A stretch of DNA of 64,000 nucleotides from Promethearchaeota archaeon (GCA_019894975.1 JAGXNO010000001.1:64001-128000), one strand, 5' to 3'; counted from the first letter of the stretch, positions 48,569 to 59,534 are shown. Program-made: numbers and translations. Notes: generated from the sequence alone by a model not told the origin.

Positions 48569-49354
48569 ATGATCACATGGATTCTACTACTAATTTTAAG
48601 CATCTGGATTTTAGCTAATCGATTCTCACAAAATGGGAAGGTTGCTGGTTATCCTCTTGGAATGCCACGAGGAACTGTTAGAGCGTTAATTACTATCATG
48701 ATCGTTGCTTTTCCTTTTGGTTAGTTAATGCGTGGGAAAGAAATACCTGGATTAATAATAAATGCAATTTTTATTGTAGTAGCTTTTTATTTTGAAGCAA
48801 GAAGAAGTGAAAAAGAAAAACTCAAGCAAATAATTGACGAGCTAAAAGGTTCCGAACTAAATATTGAAGGAAAAATAAAAGAGAAAAAACCTTTATACTT
48901 GCCACAGTATACAGTAAGAGTCTCGTTAGTGTTTATACTGGTAGCTATAATAGTAATAAATTGGTTAGGTCCTGATGTTCCTTTTCAACAATCTAATACA
49001 TTAGCAGATTTACTTTTAATTATCAGCTTCTTTATAATTGGTGCTTTTTTTCGAGCTATAGCAAAAACTAGAGAGAAGAAAAAAATCAGAGAACAAATCT
49101 CAGATATTGATGCGTCACTTTCTGATGCTCAAATTATAGAAAAATTAATGTTGAGAGAGCAAAGTTGGTTCAAACGCAAAGGAAAGAACATTCTCTCAAT
49201 TTTAGTGCTAATAGCAGTTGTTGTAGCGCTTTATTGTTATACTTTTGAGATTGATTATACTCTATTTACCCTTACAACTCTTGATAATTATCGTTTAACC
49301 CTAGTTGGATTATTACTGATCTTTACTAATACCTATTATGGCTTTCGAGATTAA
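48569..49354 (+). pseudogene. Membrane protein interrupted by an in-frame TAG at 48722-48724
   Basis: ATG 48569 MITWILL...YPLGMPRGTVRALITIMIVAFPFG*LMRG; the PLGMPRGTVR motif recurs downstream as PLYLPQYTVR. Confidence 0.72.
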
Positions 49355-49406
49355 AAAATAATAAAAAAATTTATCATTTTTTTTTAGTTTTCTTTTTACT
49401 TTACAG

Positions 49407-50405
49407 TTATAAATGAAATTCTGTTCCAGTAACTCCAATCGTATGAGATGGATGACGAGCCATTATTTTATTAAAGTTAAAGCCAGTACAATGCATTCCA
49501 CTGACAATGGTTGGATTTAATTTTTCGATATAGCTTACTTTTTCCTCAATGACTTTCTCTGAATTCCATTCTTCATGAAATCCACCAATCACAGCATATA
49601 TTTTGTCTATCCCCGTAATTTTCTGAGCATGTTTTATAGTATTTACCACACCACAATGACCACATCCAGTAATAATTACTAAACCTTCATCTTTTACATT
49701 TATATATACTGAAGTTTCATCTCTAAAGGTATGCTCTATAAAATCCTTTCTACTTTTCATTATGTAGACTCCTGGTGTTGATTCTTTCTTGTCAGTTAAT
49801 TCAATTTCCCCACTTGTGATGATTCCGTCATACAACTTAACAGGTTCATTAGTTTCAATAAGCCTAACTCCATATTCATTAGTTAGATTAGTAACCATAG
49901 GTTTACTTAGTAAAGGTAATTTTGTGCTCATTGCAAATTGATCTTTTTCTTCTTTCAATGCCGTTGCCAATTTAGCAGCAGGGACTTTTTCTCCTGATTT
50001 CTTTACGGCTATAAAAAACTGTTCATAACAGAGGGGATTTAAATAAAACTCGCAACCTTCTTTCAACAATGGAACTACTTTTAATAAACTTCCCCAATGA
50101 TCAAAATGTCCATGTGACAAGATCATATTTTCAACATCATTCAAATTAATATCAAACTGTTTACAATTCTCTGTAATGGTTTCAGCCAACCCTCCCATAT
50201 CAAATAATATATTTTGGGTCTTCTCTCCATCATTGACTTTAATTAAAACAGATAATCCATGCTCTCCTTTAGCTCTTTTTGCTTTTGCTCCAGGATATTT
50301 TACCTTCCCTATTAAATTCATTTTGGGTAAAATAGTAAGACTTACTTCATTTGTAGTCAAAACCTTAACCATGATTTTTCCAGATTCAATACTTCCAATA
50401 TCCAT
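49407..50405 (-). CDS. MBL-fold metallohydrolase (dihydropterin-RFA-P synthase-like family)
   Basis: EHGLS, LSHGHFDHWG, GCGHCG, GGFH, HCTG. Confidence 0.9.
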   Translation of the reverse strand: MDIGSIESGKIMVKVLTTNEVSLTILPKMNLIGKVKYPGAKAKRAKGEHGLSVLIKVNDGEKTQNILFDMGGLAETITENCKQFDINLNDVENMILSHGHFDHWGSLLKVVPLLKEGCEFYLNPLCYEQFFIAVKKSGEKVPAAKLATALKEEKDQFAMSTKLPLLSKPMVTNLTNEYGVRLIETNEPVKLYDGIITSGEIELTDKKESTPGVYIMKSRKDFIEHTFRDETSVYINVKDEGLVIITGCGHCGVVNTIKHAQKITGIDKIYAVIGGFHEEWNSEKVIEEKVSYIEKLNPTIVSGMHCTGFNFNKIMARHPSHTIGVTGTEFHL

Positions 50406-50561
50406 TAAATTTTCCCTCTTTAAAATAAAGATTTGATATATTCCTTATATTAATTATTCATAATAGTACATAGGTTAAAATTATTAATAGATTTATTAAT
50501 AATGATAACAAATTTCATAGTAAATAAATATATGATATTACACTTAATTTAGGGATATATT

Positions 50562-51200
50562 ATGGAAGATGAATTAGAAGAATTAAAGGAACTTTCAATA
50601 GTAAAGATAAAAGTAGCCTATAACCGATCTATAGATGCAGAAGCGACCCACATGGTACTTTGGGAAAAATTCGAAAAGAATAGAAGGAATAAACTAATAT
50701 TTACTTTAATTTTAGGCATAATTGCTGCAAGCTCGTTAATTTTTACAGTATCAACCGCTACTACTACAGAATTTAGAATCTATATTGTTTTTGCAGACAT
50801 TTTTGCTTTGTTATTATTGTTAATAGTAATTTGGGATACTATTCAAGGATTCACGGGAAACTATGGGAACCATGGACGCATAGTAAATGAAGCGCTACAA
50901 TTACGTGAGCAAAGTATAAGTTTTTTACAATATAAGTTAGATAACTTGGATAAACAAGGATATATAGATGAGTTAAAATCCCTTGAAATCAATGACACCA
51001 TTCTGAAAGAAAAAAGTGGTAAATATACAGGAAAACTTTCAAGTGCTGTAAAAAGTGCTATTAATCAAAACCTCGAGAATCTCAAAATTCAGGGAATTAA
51101 AAATTATTTTATAACTCAAGAAGAGATTGATTCCGCAACAGAAAAACTACAAAAATATACTGCTCTTCGCACCTGTGAAGCATGGATTAAATTTGAGTAA
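50562..51200 (+). CDS. Two-TM protein, SLATT-like
   Basis: Helix with H, two TM helices, then NHGRIVNEALQLRE helix. Confidence 0.5.
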   Translation: MEDELEELKELSIVKIKVAYNRSIDAEATHMVLWEKFEKNRRNKLIFTLILGIIAASSLIFTVSTATTTEFRIYIVFADIFALLLLLIVIWDTIQGFTGNYGNHGRIVNEALQLREQSISFLQYKLDNLDKQGYIDELKSLEINDTILKEKSGKYTGKLSSAVKSAINQNLENLKIQGIKNYFITQEEIDSATEKLQKYTALRTCEAWIKFE

Positions 51201-51230
51201 ACTATCCTTTATTTTCAAGAATGATGAATT

Positions 51231-51365
51231 ATGTTGAGAAAATGTAATACTTGTGGAATGCTTAGAGCTCAGAAGGATTTGGTTTTGTTTAATGACGGGA
51301 ATTACATGTGTTTTTCATGTTGGAATAAATACCTTAGAGAAAAAAGAAAAAAATCTAATAAGTAA
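51231..51365 (+). CDS. Zinc-finger microprotein (44 aa, not in ORF track)
   Basis: MLRKCNTCG...YMCFSCWNKY..., two CxxC motifs. Confidence 0.7.
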   Translation: MLRKCNTCGMLRAQKDLVLFNDGNYMCFSCWNKYLREKRKKSNK

Positions 51366-51366
51366 A

Positions 51367-51579
51367 TCAGTATGAACAAAGGTATGTGTATTTCCCAAGA
51401 TCAAACCTTCGAATTTTAAGTTCGTCTTCTGAACCATCTCTAGGAATAAGGGGCATCTTTATTACAATTTTAGAGTTTTCTAAATAAATATTATTGTAAA
51501 ACATATTCTTACATTTGTCCCAATCAATAAATAGCTTGGTTATTATCTCTTCTTTTTCTTCTGGTGGGATTAATGACAT
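51367..51579 (-). CDS. Hypothetical small protein
   Basis: 70-aa ORF. Confidence 0.5.
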   Translation of the reverse strand: MSLIPPEEKEEIITKLFIDWDKCKNMFYNNIYLENSKIVIKMPLIPRDGSEDELKIRRFDLGKYTYLCSY

Positions 51580-51869
51580 ATTTTTACATCAATACTATAT
51601 CTAATTCTATTGAAACCTAAAATGAATGAAACCCTTAATTATAAAAATTGATTACTCGCCTTAAATTACTCGGAATTCTCCAATAGAGAATTGTTATTTA
51701 TTGTCGTAAACCTTGATATCAGTTATTGCATAAGAAAAGAACTATAAAAATCTTCGTGTTAAAATGAAAATTATATGACCTTGGTTTAGATTTCAATGTA
51801 AAAGATATATACTAAACAAATATATTCACAATTAACTCGAATAATATAACCATAATAACTAAAATAATA

Positions 51870-52340
51870 ATGTCAATCTCAAGAGATAATAATATTAAAT
51901 CTTTTATAGAGAAGGAAGTAAAGAATAGTACTAAAAAAGTCAAAGGAAAGAAAATAGCAATAGCTGAAATCATTGATAATGCTCTAATCTCTTTACCAGT
52001 AAAATCTATATATGATATGAACGAAAAAATTAAGGGATGTTACTTTTTTATAGTAAAAAATCATGCAAAGCAGCCAAAGCTTCGATATTTTCTGACTATC
52101 TCACTGGCAAATAATAGTTCTGATTTATTGGTTCAGCTTGCAAAAGAATTTGCTCGTAAAAATGAATTACAGTTGATTCAATACTCGATTTATCCAAAAA
52201 CAGTAAGAACTCAATTATTATCAATGAAAGAAATTAAAATTATCGAAGATTATAATGATTCTATTGAAGTTCTCAAAAGGTTCCGGAAGGAATTTCGAGA
52301 AAAACTAATGGTTTTAAAGAACCTAGTAGAAAATAAATAA
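51870..52340 (+). CDS. Hypothetical protein
   Basis: 156-aa ORF. Confidence 0.7.
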   Translation: MSISRDNNIKSFIEKEVKNSTKKVKGKKIAIAEIIDNALISLPVKSIYDMNEKIKGCYFFIVKNHAKQPKLRYFLTISLANNSSDLLVQLAKEFARKNELQLIQYSIYPKTVRTQLLSMKEIKIIEDYNDSIEVLKRFRKEFREKLMVLKNLVENK

Positions 52341-52413
52341 TTTTAAGTAAAACCACAATAATAATTTTATAATCTAAAGTGTTTTAAATTAATTTTATAT
52401 CATAAAATAGTAA

Positions 52414-53904
52414 TTGAACGATTTATTAAAATCAAGGAAATATACCAATATGACGCTTCGAGAAAATACAGTTAAAATTGTTAGTACAATTGGACCAGCT
52501 TCCAGCTCTAAACAAGTGCTTAAAAATTTAATTGATGCGGGAGTAGATATCTTCCGATTAAATTTCTCACATGGAAAACATGAGGAAAAGAGAGAATTAG
52601 TTAAAAAAATTAGAGGGATAAGCAAATATACTGGAATTTTAGCGGATATTCAGGGCCCAAAAATAAGAGTTGGGGAGTTTAAAGATGATAATACCTATAA
52701 TTTAAACATTGGACAAGAAGTAAAAGTCTTTGAGAAGGAGATTAAAGGAGACCAAGAGCAATTTTCAGTTCCACTAGAAGGTTTTCTGAAATCTATGAGA
52801 GTAGGAGATGTCTTTTTTGTTAATGATGGAATTATCAAAATTGAAGTAAAAAATAAAGCAGTAGATCACATTATTGGCGAAGTGTTAGCAGGGGGGATGA
52901 TAAGCAACCGAAAAGGAGTAAATATACCTAGAGGTGAATTACAGCAAAGAGTTCCTACAGAAAAAGATGTGAAAGATTTAGAACTTATTGCTGAATTAGA
53001 TCCTGAGTATGTGGCAATATCCTTTGTATCAGATGGTAGTGATGTTCTCCATGTGAAAAAAATTCTTGAAAATTATGGTAATAACAACATAAAACTTATT
53101 TCAAAAATTGAAAGGCCTATAGCCCTAGATAATTTCGATGCGATATTGGAAGTAAGTGATGGAATAATGGTAGCTCGAGGGGATTTAGGAGTAGAAATAG
53201 CCCCTGATAGGGTTCCCTTAGTACAAAAAGATATGATTTACAAATGTAATAAGGAAGGAAAACCAGTTATCGTAGCAACTCAAATGCTCGAATCTATGAT
53301 TAATGCACCTATCCCCACTCGTGCAGAAGCAAATGATGTATTCAATGCAGTTTTTGATGGGAGTGATGCAGTGATGCTCTCTGGAGAAACTGCTGTAGGT
53401 AAATACCCCATTAATGCTGTACAATACATGAACCAAATCGCTAAAACAGCCACAGAGAATATGCCACTAAGAGTTCCAGATGAGTTTGACTCTGATAGAT
53501 TGACACATACACAAACATTGGGACATGCAATTTATGCTTTAGCCGCAGAAATGCAGGAATTAAACTTTAGAGGAAAAATCTTGGTAATCACTCGAAAAGG
53601 GTATGGAGCAAGGATGATCGCAAAATATCGCCCTCCATTACCAATTGTAGCCATTACACCGTTAGCTAGAACCGCGCGTGAGTTAAGTCTTGTATGGGGA
53701 GTGCAACCGGTGCATATCGAAAACATCGGTTTTTTTGATATGGATGCCGAAGAAATTATTGAGCAATCCGTGAAACATGTTGTCGAAATTAAATTACTGG
53801 ATGAGAATGAACATGTAATTATTCTACTAGTATCGAGAAAATTTGAAAGAAGAGGTAATTTAGTTGGCCTGTACTATGTAGGCGAAATTTTAGAACAGGC
53901 GTAG
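52414..53904 (+). CDS. pyk: Pyruvate kinase
   Basis: RLNFSHG, DIQGPKIR, KIE, MVARGDLGVE, TQMLESM, PTRAE, MLSGET. Confidence 0.97.
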   Translation: MNDLLKSRKYTNMTLRENTVKIVSTIGPASSSKQVLKNLIDAGVDIFRLNFSHGKHEEKRELVKKIRGISKYTGILADIQGPKIRVGEFKDDNTYNLNIGQEVKVFEKEIKGDQEQFSVPLEGFLKSMRVGDVFFVNDGIIKIEVKNKAVDHIIGEVLAGGMISNRKGVNIPRGELQQRVPTEKDVKDLELIAELDPEYVAISFVSDGSDVLHVKKILENYGNNNIKLISKIERPIALDNFDAILEVSDGIMVARGDLGVEIAPDRVPLVQKDMIYKCNKEGKPVIVATQMLESMINAPIPTRAEANDVFNAVFDGSDAVMLSGETAVGKYPINAVQYMNQIAKTATENMPLRVPDEFDSDRLTHTQTLGHAIYALAAEMQELNFRGKILVITRKGYGARMIAKYRPPLPIVAITPLARTARELSLVWGVQPVHIENIGFFDMDAEEIIEQSVKHVVEIKLLDENEHVIILLVSRKFERRGNLVGLYYVGEILEQA

Positions 53905-54576
53905 AGCATTTACGATTTTTTGAATGTCGAGTTTGCGTGGATCGCCATAAAGCTCCATATAAAAAGGTTTTTTGAGACTCACACCCATAAGAGTGTTTCC
54001 AGTATCATGCTTAAAAACGCCATAATAATCCGATAAAGGAACCTTTCTTAGGGAGTTCTCAAGCGCTTGAACTAAAATTCCTAATTCTTTCTTAGTAAAC
54101 TGAAAAGGGTTAAAATTTATAAGTGCTTCAAACTCTTTGGGAAAAATATCCTTTCCAGAATCGTCTTTATAACTCTGCCAACCCCCAAGGGCAGCTCCCG
54201 ATTGTCCGTAGTAGAAAGTTGCTGGAAACTGCCTTCCGTCAGGCGTTCTCACAAACATCCATACATCAAATAGGCTTTCAATTCCCCCATATTGAATGGT
54301 AGGAATAAGCTTTTTGAGTGTACTTCCTAATAGAATCTCATACTTCTGCTCGTCAAAGTCAAAGTAGGGGTATACCTCCTTTATCTTCTCAAGATCACGA
54401 TTGAAACTTAGCGTGCAAAACCTACTACTGTCAATACTCTTCACGTAGGAAAGATTTGAGTCCAGACCTTTAAAAATAAACCCGAATCCGTTATACCCAA
54501 CTGCTCCTTTAGCAAGGTTATCGACACCTTTGGTAGCTTTTGACACTAGTTCTAAGAGCATATTACATTTAATCAT
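53890..54576 (-). CDS. Hypothetical protein
   Basis: 228-aa ORF, convergent 15-nt overlap with pyk. Confidence 0.7.
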   Translation of the reverse strand: MIKCNMLLELVSKATKGVDNLAKGAVGYNGFGFIFKGLDSNLSYVKSIDSSRFCTLSFNRDLEKIKEVYPYFDFDEQKYEILLGSTLKKLIPTIQYGGIESLFDVWMFVRTPDGRQFPATFYYGQSGAALGGWQSYKDDSGKDIFPKEFEALINFNPFQFTKKELGILVQALENSLRKVPLSDYYGVFKHDTGNTLMGVSLKKPFYMELYGDPRKLDIQKIVNALRLF

Positions 54577-54765
54577 TATTAAAATTAATAGTACTTACAT
54601 TTTTAAAACCCAGTGAAAAATAAAAGGAAGTGATAATATAACCAATTATTATCCAACTAATAAGATTTTTGCCTAAAATATTTTATAGACAATTCTATGT
54701 AAAATAAATATAAAATAAATTTATTTATAATATTTAAATCCAAATTAATGGAATGTTGAAAAAAA

Positions 54766-55170
54766 ATGAGTGAAGAATGGAAACATGCATCATGGGTATC
54801 ATTTCTAGGGATGATAGCTTGGATGGTAGGAATTTTAAGTGGTGTTATCTCTATAATAGTGGGAATTGTAAGAGCAGCTTTATTTTTCTTTACGTGGGGA
54901 AGTCCTATCTGGTTAATTATAAGCGGAGTTATGGCAATTGTGATATCTTTCTTTGTTATCCTACCCATGTTCTCGATTAAATGTCAAAAAAAAGATTGGG
55001 ATTCTCTACTTGATTGGGTATTACCTATTGGAAATATACGATTCCCATGGATGCTTTTATGGGGAATAATCCTTGAAATTTTCACGTGGTGGGGAGGAAT
55101 ATGTGTAATAATTCCTGCACTAGTTTTACTCTTTGCCGGTCCGAAAGAGTATGAGTGGAAAATAGAATAG
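54766..55170 (+). CDS. Hypothetical membrane protein
   Basis: Trp/Gly-rich hydrophobic segments. Confidence 0.75.
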   Translation: MSEEWKHASWVSFLGMIAWMVGILSGVISIIVGIVRAALFFFTWGSPIWLIISGVMAIVISFFVILPMFSIKCQKKDWDSLLDWVLPIGNIRFPWMLLWGIILEIFTWWGGICVIIPALVLLFAGPKEYEWKIE

Positions 55171-55334
55171 GTTTAAATTTAAAATTCATTTTTTTATTTT
55201 TTATTTCGGTTTTAGTTCAGTTATACATCATTTTATATGTAAATAAAAAACCTTGAGTCTTTAGGTGTATTTAAACAATGCTATTTTTTTGTTCTAGGAT
55301 ATTTTACTAAAAGCAATTTATATTAGACATAAAA

Positions 55335-55739
55335 ATGTATGATACTCTTAAGATTCACAATAAGGAAATTTACACAGGAATGAAAGTTGGTGGCTCTCAT
55401 TCTTGGAATTATAATAATGGAAAATGGTTTGAAACCAAAATAACTCCTGATAAATGGACCCTTTCATTTGATAGCTTAAAAACAAGAACTACACCTGCAC
55501 CTAGAAAAACAGGAGCTACAAGAAAGACAAAATTTCATTGGTATATCATTGCTGATCAAATAGCTACAAAAATTAATGAAAACTCTTATATGACCTCAAT
55601 GAAAGGAATTAAGTATAAAATTGGGCATAAGCGTCCAGATTGGCGTACCTTTAGTTATAACTACCCAAATCAAATTACATATAGAGAGCATATAATTCAA
55701 ATTTTGGAGGATACACTGAAAGAACTCAAGAAAGATTAG
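55335..55739 (+). CDS. Conserved hypothetical beta-rich protein
   Basis: YTGMKVGGSHSWNY..GKW.E.K, FHWYIIADQ, aromatic-rich pattern. Confidence 0.75.
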   Translation: MYDTLKIHNKEIYTGMKVGGSHSWNYNNGKWFETKITPDKWTLSFDSLKTRTTPAPRKTGATRKTKFHWYIIADQIATKINENSYMTSMKGIKYKIGHKRPDWRTFSYNYPNQITYREHIIQILEDTLKELKKD

Positions 55740-55757
55740 GTTTCACAGATAAATAAT

Positions 55758-55955
55758 CTAATAATAAGAAAAATCCTCTATCTCATCATATGGTTGGTAT
55801 TTTATTTTGAAGATGTAGCATTTACAACAATAGAATTCGATATAATCACTTTCCCAAATACTTGTTAAATCTTCCTTTTCATTTGGGTTAATATTTTTAA
55901 TGAAACTTTCAAAATCCAATATTTTACCGCACTTAAAACACTCTCTTTCTCTCAA
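55758..55955 (-). CDS. Small zinc-finger protein
   Basis: CFKC...YCCKC. Confidence 0.72.
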   Translation of the reverse strand: MRERECFKCGKILDFESFIKNINPNEKEDLTSIWESDYIEFYCCKCYIFKIKYQPYDEIEDFSYY

Positions 55956-55994
55956 ATTAATCAGCCTTTACCATTAAAAAAAAAAAGATTAATT

Positions 55995-56510
55995 TTAAAA
56001 TTTTTCATAATGAACTATTTTTTCTAGGGGTTTCCGTTCCGTTACTTCGTCTTTAGATTTTACAGGATAGCCCAATGGCGTTATTCCCATAACCTTATAC
56101 TCATCTGGGATATTTAATACTTCCTTTACTTTTGGTTCATTAAACCATCCAATCCAACAAGTTGCTAAACCTTCAGCTGTAGCGGCTAGTATCAAATGTT
56201 CAAAGCATATTCCAAAATCTACACCATAATATTTTTCACCATTTGAGTTCATTCCAGATCCTTTTTCAAGGATAATCCCAATGATAAACATCGGTGCTTC
56301 AGCAAACTTTTGTTGCTGTCCTACTGCTTTCCAAACTGCTTTAACATTTTCTGGTTCTTGAACTACAACATAGTGTACACCCTGCATATTAGCCCAAGTT
56401 GGTGCTAAACGTGCTGCATTTAAAATCCTGTCAATATTTTCTTTCTCGGGCATATCTGACTTATAAACCCGAAAACTTCTTCTCGTTTTTACTACTTCAT
56501 AAAAATCCAT
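55995..56510 (-). CDS. Nitroreductase family protein
   Basis: RRSFR, APTWANMQ, GLATCWIG, LGYP. Confidence 0.93.
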   Translation of the reverse strand: MDFYEVVKTRRSFRVYKSDMPEKENIDRILNAARLAPTWANMQGVHYVVVQEPENVKAVWKAVGQQQKFAEAPMFIIGIILEKGSGMNSNGEKYYGVDFGICFEHLILAATAEGLATCWIGWFNEPKVKEVLNIPDEYKVMGITPLGYPVKSKDEVTERKPLEKIVHYEKF

Positions 56511-56593
56511 GATAAAACCACTAAATATTGTTTAAAATACTTGGTAAATGTAATTGATTAAAAAATTTTAACTTTATTATTCTATTCCATTAA

Positions 56594-57379
56594 TTAATCG
56601 TCAATCATCCTTTTATGGCCTTTTGGGCATTCACCATAAGTACAATCATAAAAACCGTCATCATACTCCTCCTTTGCATTATAATGCTCCCAACAATAGA
56701 GTTTATCACATTCAGGACAGTATGCATCCACCCCTTCAGGTGAATGGTATTTTTTCATAAAATTATGAACACCTATAAGGTCATCATCCTCTAAAATCTT
56801 GTACAACACATTTGACAGTTCAACTCTTAAGGAAGTTTCAAGGGTAATACCTCTGAACACTAATGATTCTTTTTCATCTAATCTTCCAAATCCAATTTTA
56901 AATTTAACAGCGATTTTGCTACACACAGAACAAGGAAGATGATATTCTAAATCAGAGACTTTAAGGATTATTTCAGTAGGTTTTACAAAATCTTCTTTTG
57001 GTAATAACTCATTTAAATTAATCCAAAAGGCATCCCAACATTCTTTGAAAGCTATCTCAATTTTTTCAATAAGCATTGATGATTTTCGACTCTGAAAAAT
57101 GTTAAGTTGACTTATTATTAGAGATAAACGATTCCTAGCCGCATATAAGAAGCTTTTGGAATCATCAATATTTTTCAAATTAGATTCTTCTTCTGTGATT
57201 GTTGTTAGCACTTCCCAAGCAGAAACAGTATTAGAGAAAAATTCTTTGACATCTGAGGTCCAAATGTTTCTGGTTGATTCATCCAAATCTTTGAGGAATT
57301 TTAAGTAATTTACTATATCCTCTGTAATATCTTCGAGTTCTTGGACATAATCACGAAGATCCCATATTTTTTCTAACAT
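56594..57379 (-). CDS. Hypothetical protein with C-terminal Cys/His zinc-binding domain
   Basis: CSVC, YCPECDKLYCWEH, CPKGHKRMIDD. Confidence 0.75.
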   Translation of the reverse strand: MLEKIWDLRDYVQELEDITEDIVNYLKFLKDLDESTRNIWTSDVKEFFSNTVSAWEVLTTITEEESNLKNIDDSKSFLYAARNRLSLIISQLNIFQSRKSSMLIEKIEIAFKECWDAFWINLNELLPKEDFVKPTEIILKVSDLEYHLPCSVCSKIAVKFKIGFGRLDEKESLVFRGITLETSLRVELSNVLYKILEDDDLIGVHNFMKKYHSPEGVDAYCPECDKLYCWEHYNAKEEYDDGFYDCTYGECPKGHKRMIDD

Positions 57380-57512
57380 ATTGTTATTTTCACTCCTCAG
57401 TTCGCAAATTTTTTTAACCCAACTTATAAATTTCGTTAGGATCTAATAAATTTGATTCTTTTTTCAGGGTGGAATCATTATTATTAAATCCAATCTTAAA
57501 TATTATGATTTT

Positions 57513-58505
57513 ATGTCTGAAGTAATAATTCTGTCTCAAGATGATGTTAAATTATGTTTGCCTATGAATAAGGCAATTCAGGCAGTTCAAGAGGCATACA
57601 TCGCTTTTGCTAAAGGACGGGTTAAAATGCCTCCTGTAATGCACTTAGATGTATCTCAATATAATGGGGAAATAGATATTAAATCTGGATATATTGAAGA
57701 TTTCGGACTCATTGGTACCAAAATCGCAAGCGGTTTCTACGATAACCACAAACTTGGGCTACCCCCAGGAATTGCCATTATCATCCTAATGGATCTCAAG
57801 ACAAGTATGCCTCTTGCCATTATGGATGGAACTTATGTTACAGCATACAGAACAGGAGCTGCTGGAGCTGTTGCTGCGAATGTACTAGCTAAAAAAGATT
57901 CTGAAATAATTGGAGTTATTGGCGCTGGGACACAAGCAAGAATGCAAATAATAGCGTTAAATGAGATTTTTACATTAAAAGAAGTTAAAGTATGGGACAT
58001 TAATGACACAGCAAAAAGGTTATACTCAAAAGAAATGTCAGAACAATTGAATATTACAGTTGAATCTGTAGATAGTGTAAAAGATGCTGTTGTTGAATCA
58101 GATATAGTTGTAACGGTTACTCCCTCTAAAAAAGCACTGGTTATGAAAGATTGGATTAAAAATGGAACACACATAAATGCAATAGGTGCTGATGGTCCAG
58201 GTAAACAAGAGTTAGATCCAATGATAATCAAAGTGGCAGACAAAGTCGTTGTTGATAGCCTTGAACAATGTAAGATAATTGGGGAAATTCAACATGCCCT
58301 TAAAAATGGTTTAATAAAAGAAAAAGATATCCATGCGGAAATTGGGCAAATTCTGATTGGGGATAAGAAGGGAAGGGAATCTGACCATGAAATAACACTT
58401 TTTGATTCTACAGGTCTAGCAGCTCAAGATATTGCTGCTGCTAATATAGTGTACAAACAAGCAAAAGAAAAGGGAATGGGAAAACTTATTTCCCTATTAG
58501 ATTAA
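57513..58505 (+). CDS. Ornithine cyclodeaminase/mu-crystallin family (archaeal alanine dehydrogenase-like)
   Basis: TAYRTGAAG, GAGTQA, HINAIGAD, FDSTGLAAQD. Confidence 0.92.
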   Translation: MSEVIILSQDDVKLCLPMNKAIQAVQEAYIAFAKGRVKMPPVMHLDVSQYNGEIDIKSGYIEDFGLIGTKIASGFYDNHKLGLPPGIAIIILMDLKTSMPLAIMDGTYVTAYRTGAAGAVAANVLAKKDSEIIGVIGAGTQARMQIIALNEIFTLKEVKVWDINDTAKRLYSKEMSEQLNITVESVDSVKDAVVESDIVVTVTPSKKALVMKDWIKNGTHINAIGADGPGKQELDPMIIKVADKVVVDSLEQCKIIGEIQHALKNGLIKEKDIHAEIGQILIGDKKGRESDHEITLFDSTGLAAQDIAAANIVYKQAKEKGMGKLISLLD

Positions 58506-58512
58506 AATTTAA

Positions 58513-59496
58513 ATGAGTTTCACAAGAATAAAAATGAGTGACTTACATTTAGATGCAATAAGAGAAGCATATCAAAAGATTAAGGAATTTGTGAGAAAGA
58601 CCCCTCTCATTCATTCAGCTTATCTTAGTGAATTATGTGGAAATAATGTTTATTTGAAATTGGAAAATTTACAACTCACTAATGCGTTTAAAATCCGTGG
58701 AGCTTTAAACCGAATGCTAAAACTAAGTACAGAAGAAAAAACTTACGGAATTATTACAGCTTCCTCGGGTAATCATGCACAAGGAATTGCGTTAGCAGCA
58801 AAACATTTGAAGATACCTGCTAAAATTGTAATCCCTAAGAATATTTCAGAAGCCAAATTAAATAAAATTAAACAATACAATGTTGAAATTATTCAAGAGG
58901 GAGATTTTGATGAAATAGAGTCAAAAGCTAGAGCATTATCTACACAAGAGGGATTAACATATATCAGCCCTTATAATGACCTTAACATTATTGAAGGACA
59001 AGGAACAATTGCCCTTGAAATCTATGAGGAACTTGAAAATGTAGATGTAATTATTGTTCCTATTGGGGGTGGTGGTTTAATCTCGGGGATCGCATTTACT
59101 GCCAAAGCATTAAATCCGGATATTAAAATTATTGGAGTTCAAACTAAAGGAGCTTCTACAATGTATAATTCTTGGAAAGCTGGTAAAATCATAGAAGTCG
59201 AAGAATTTAATACTATCGCAGAAGGATTATTAGGGGGACTTGAAGCTGGTGCTATCACTTTTGAAATAATTCAAACCAACGTGGATGAAATTGTATTGAT
59301 TGATGAGGAAAGTGTTGAAAAAGCTATTCGACTCTTGTGGGAACTAGAAGGTCAAATCGTTGAAGGCGCAGGAGCTACAGTTGTCGCCTTTCTGCTTGAG
59401 AACACACAAGAATTTAAGAATAAAAATGTAGTAGCTGTGATTAGTGGTGGAAATATCAAAGAATCGTTATTTAAAGAAATTTTAGCTAAAGGCTGA
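58513..59496 (+). CDS. Threonine/serine dehydratase (PLP)
   Basis: KLENLQLTNAFKIRGA, SSGNHAQG, PIGGGGLISG, SGGN. Confidence 0.92.
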   Translation: MSFTRIKMSDLHLDAIREAYQKIKEFVRKTPLIHSAYLSELCGNNVYLKLENLQLTNAFKIRGALNRMLKLSTEEKTYGIITASSGNHAQGIALAAKHLKIPAKIVIPKNISEAKLNKIKQYNVEIIQEGDFDEIESKARALSTQEGLTYISPYNDLNIIEGQGTIALEIYEELENVDVIIVPIGGGGLISGIAFTAKALNPDIKIIGVQTKGASTMYNSWKAGKIIEVEEFNTIAEGLLGGLEAGAITFEIIQTNVDEIVLIDEESVEKAIRLLWELEGQIVEGAGATVVAFLLENTQEFKNKNVVAVISGGNIKESLFKEILAKG

Positions 59497-59534
59497 CTTT
59501 TAGAAGAATTAAAAAAAAAGTGGAGAGTTTAATC

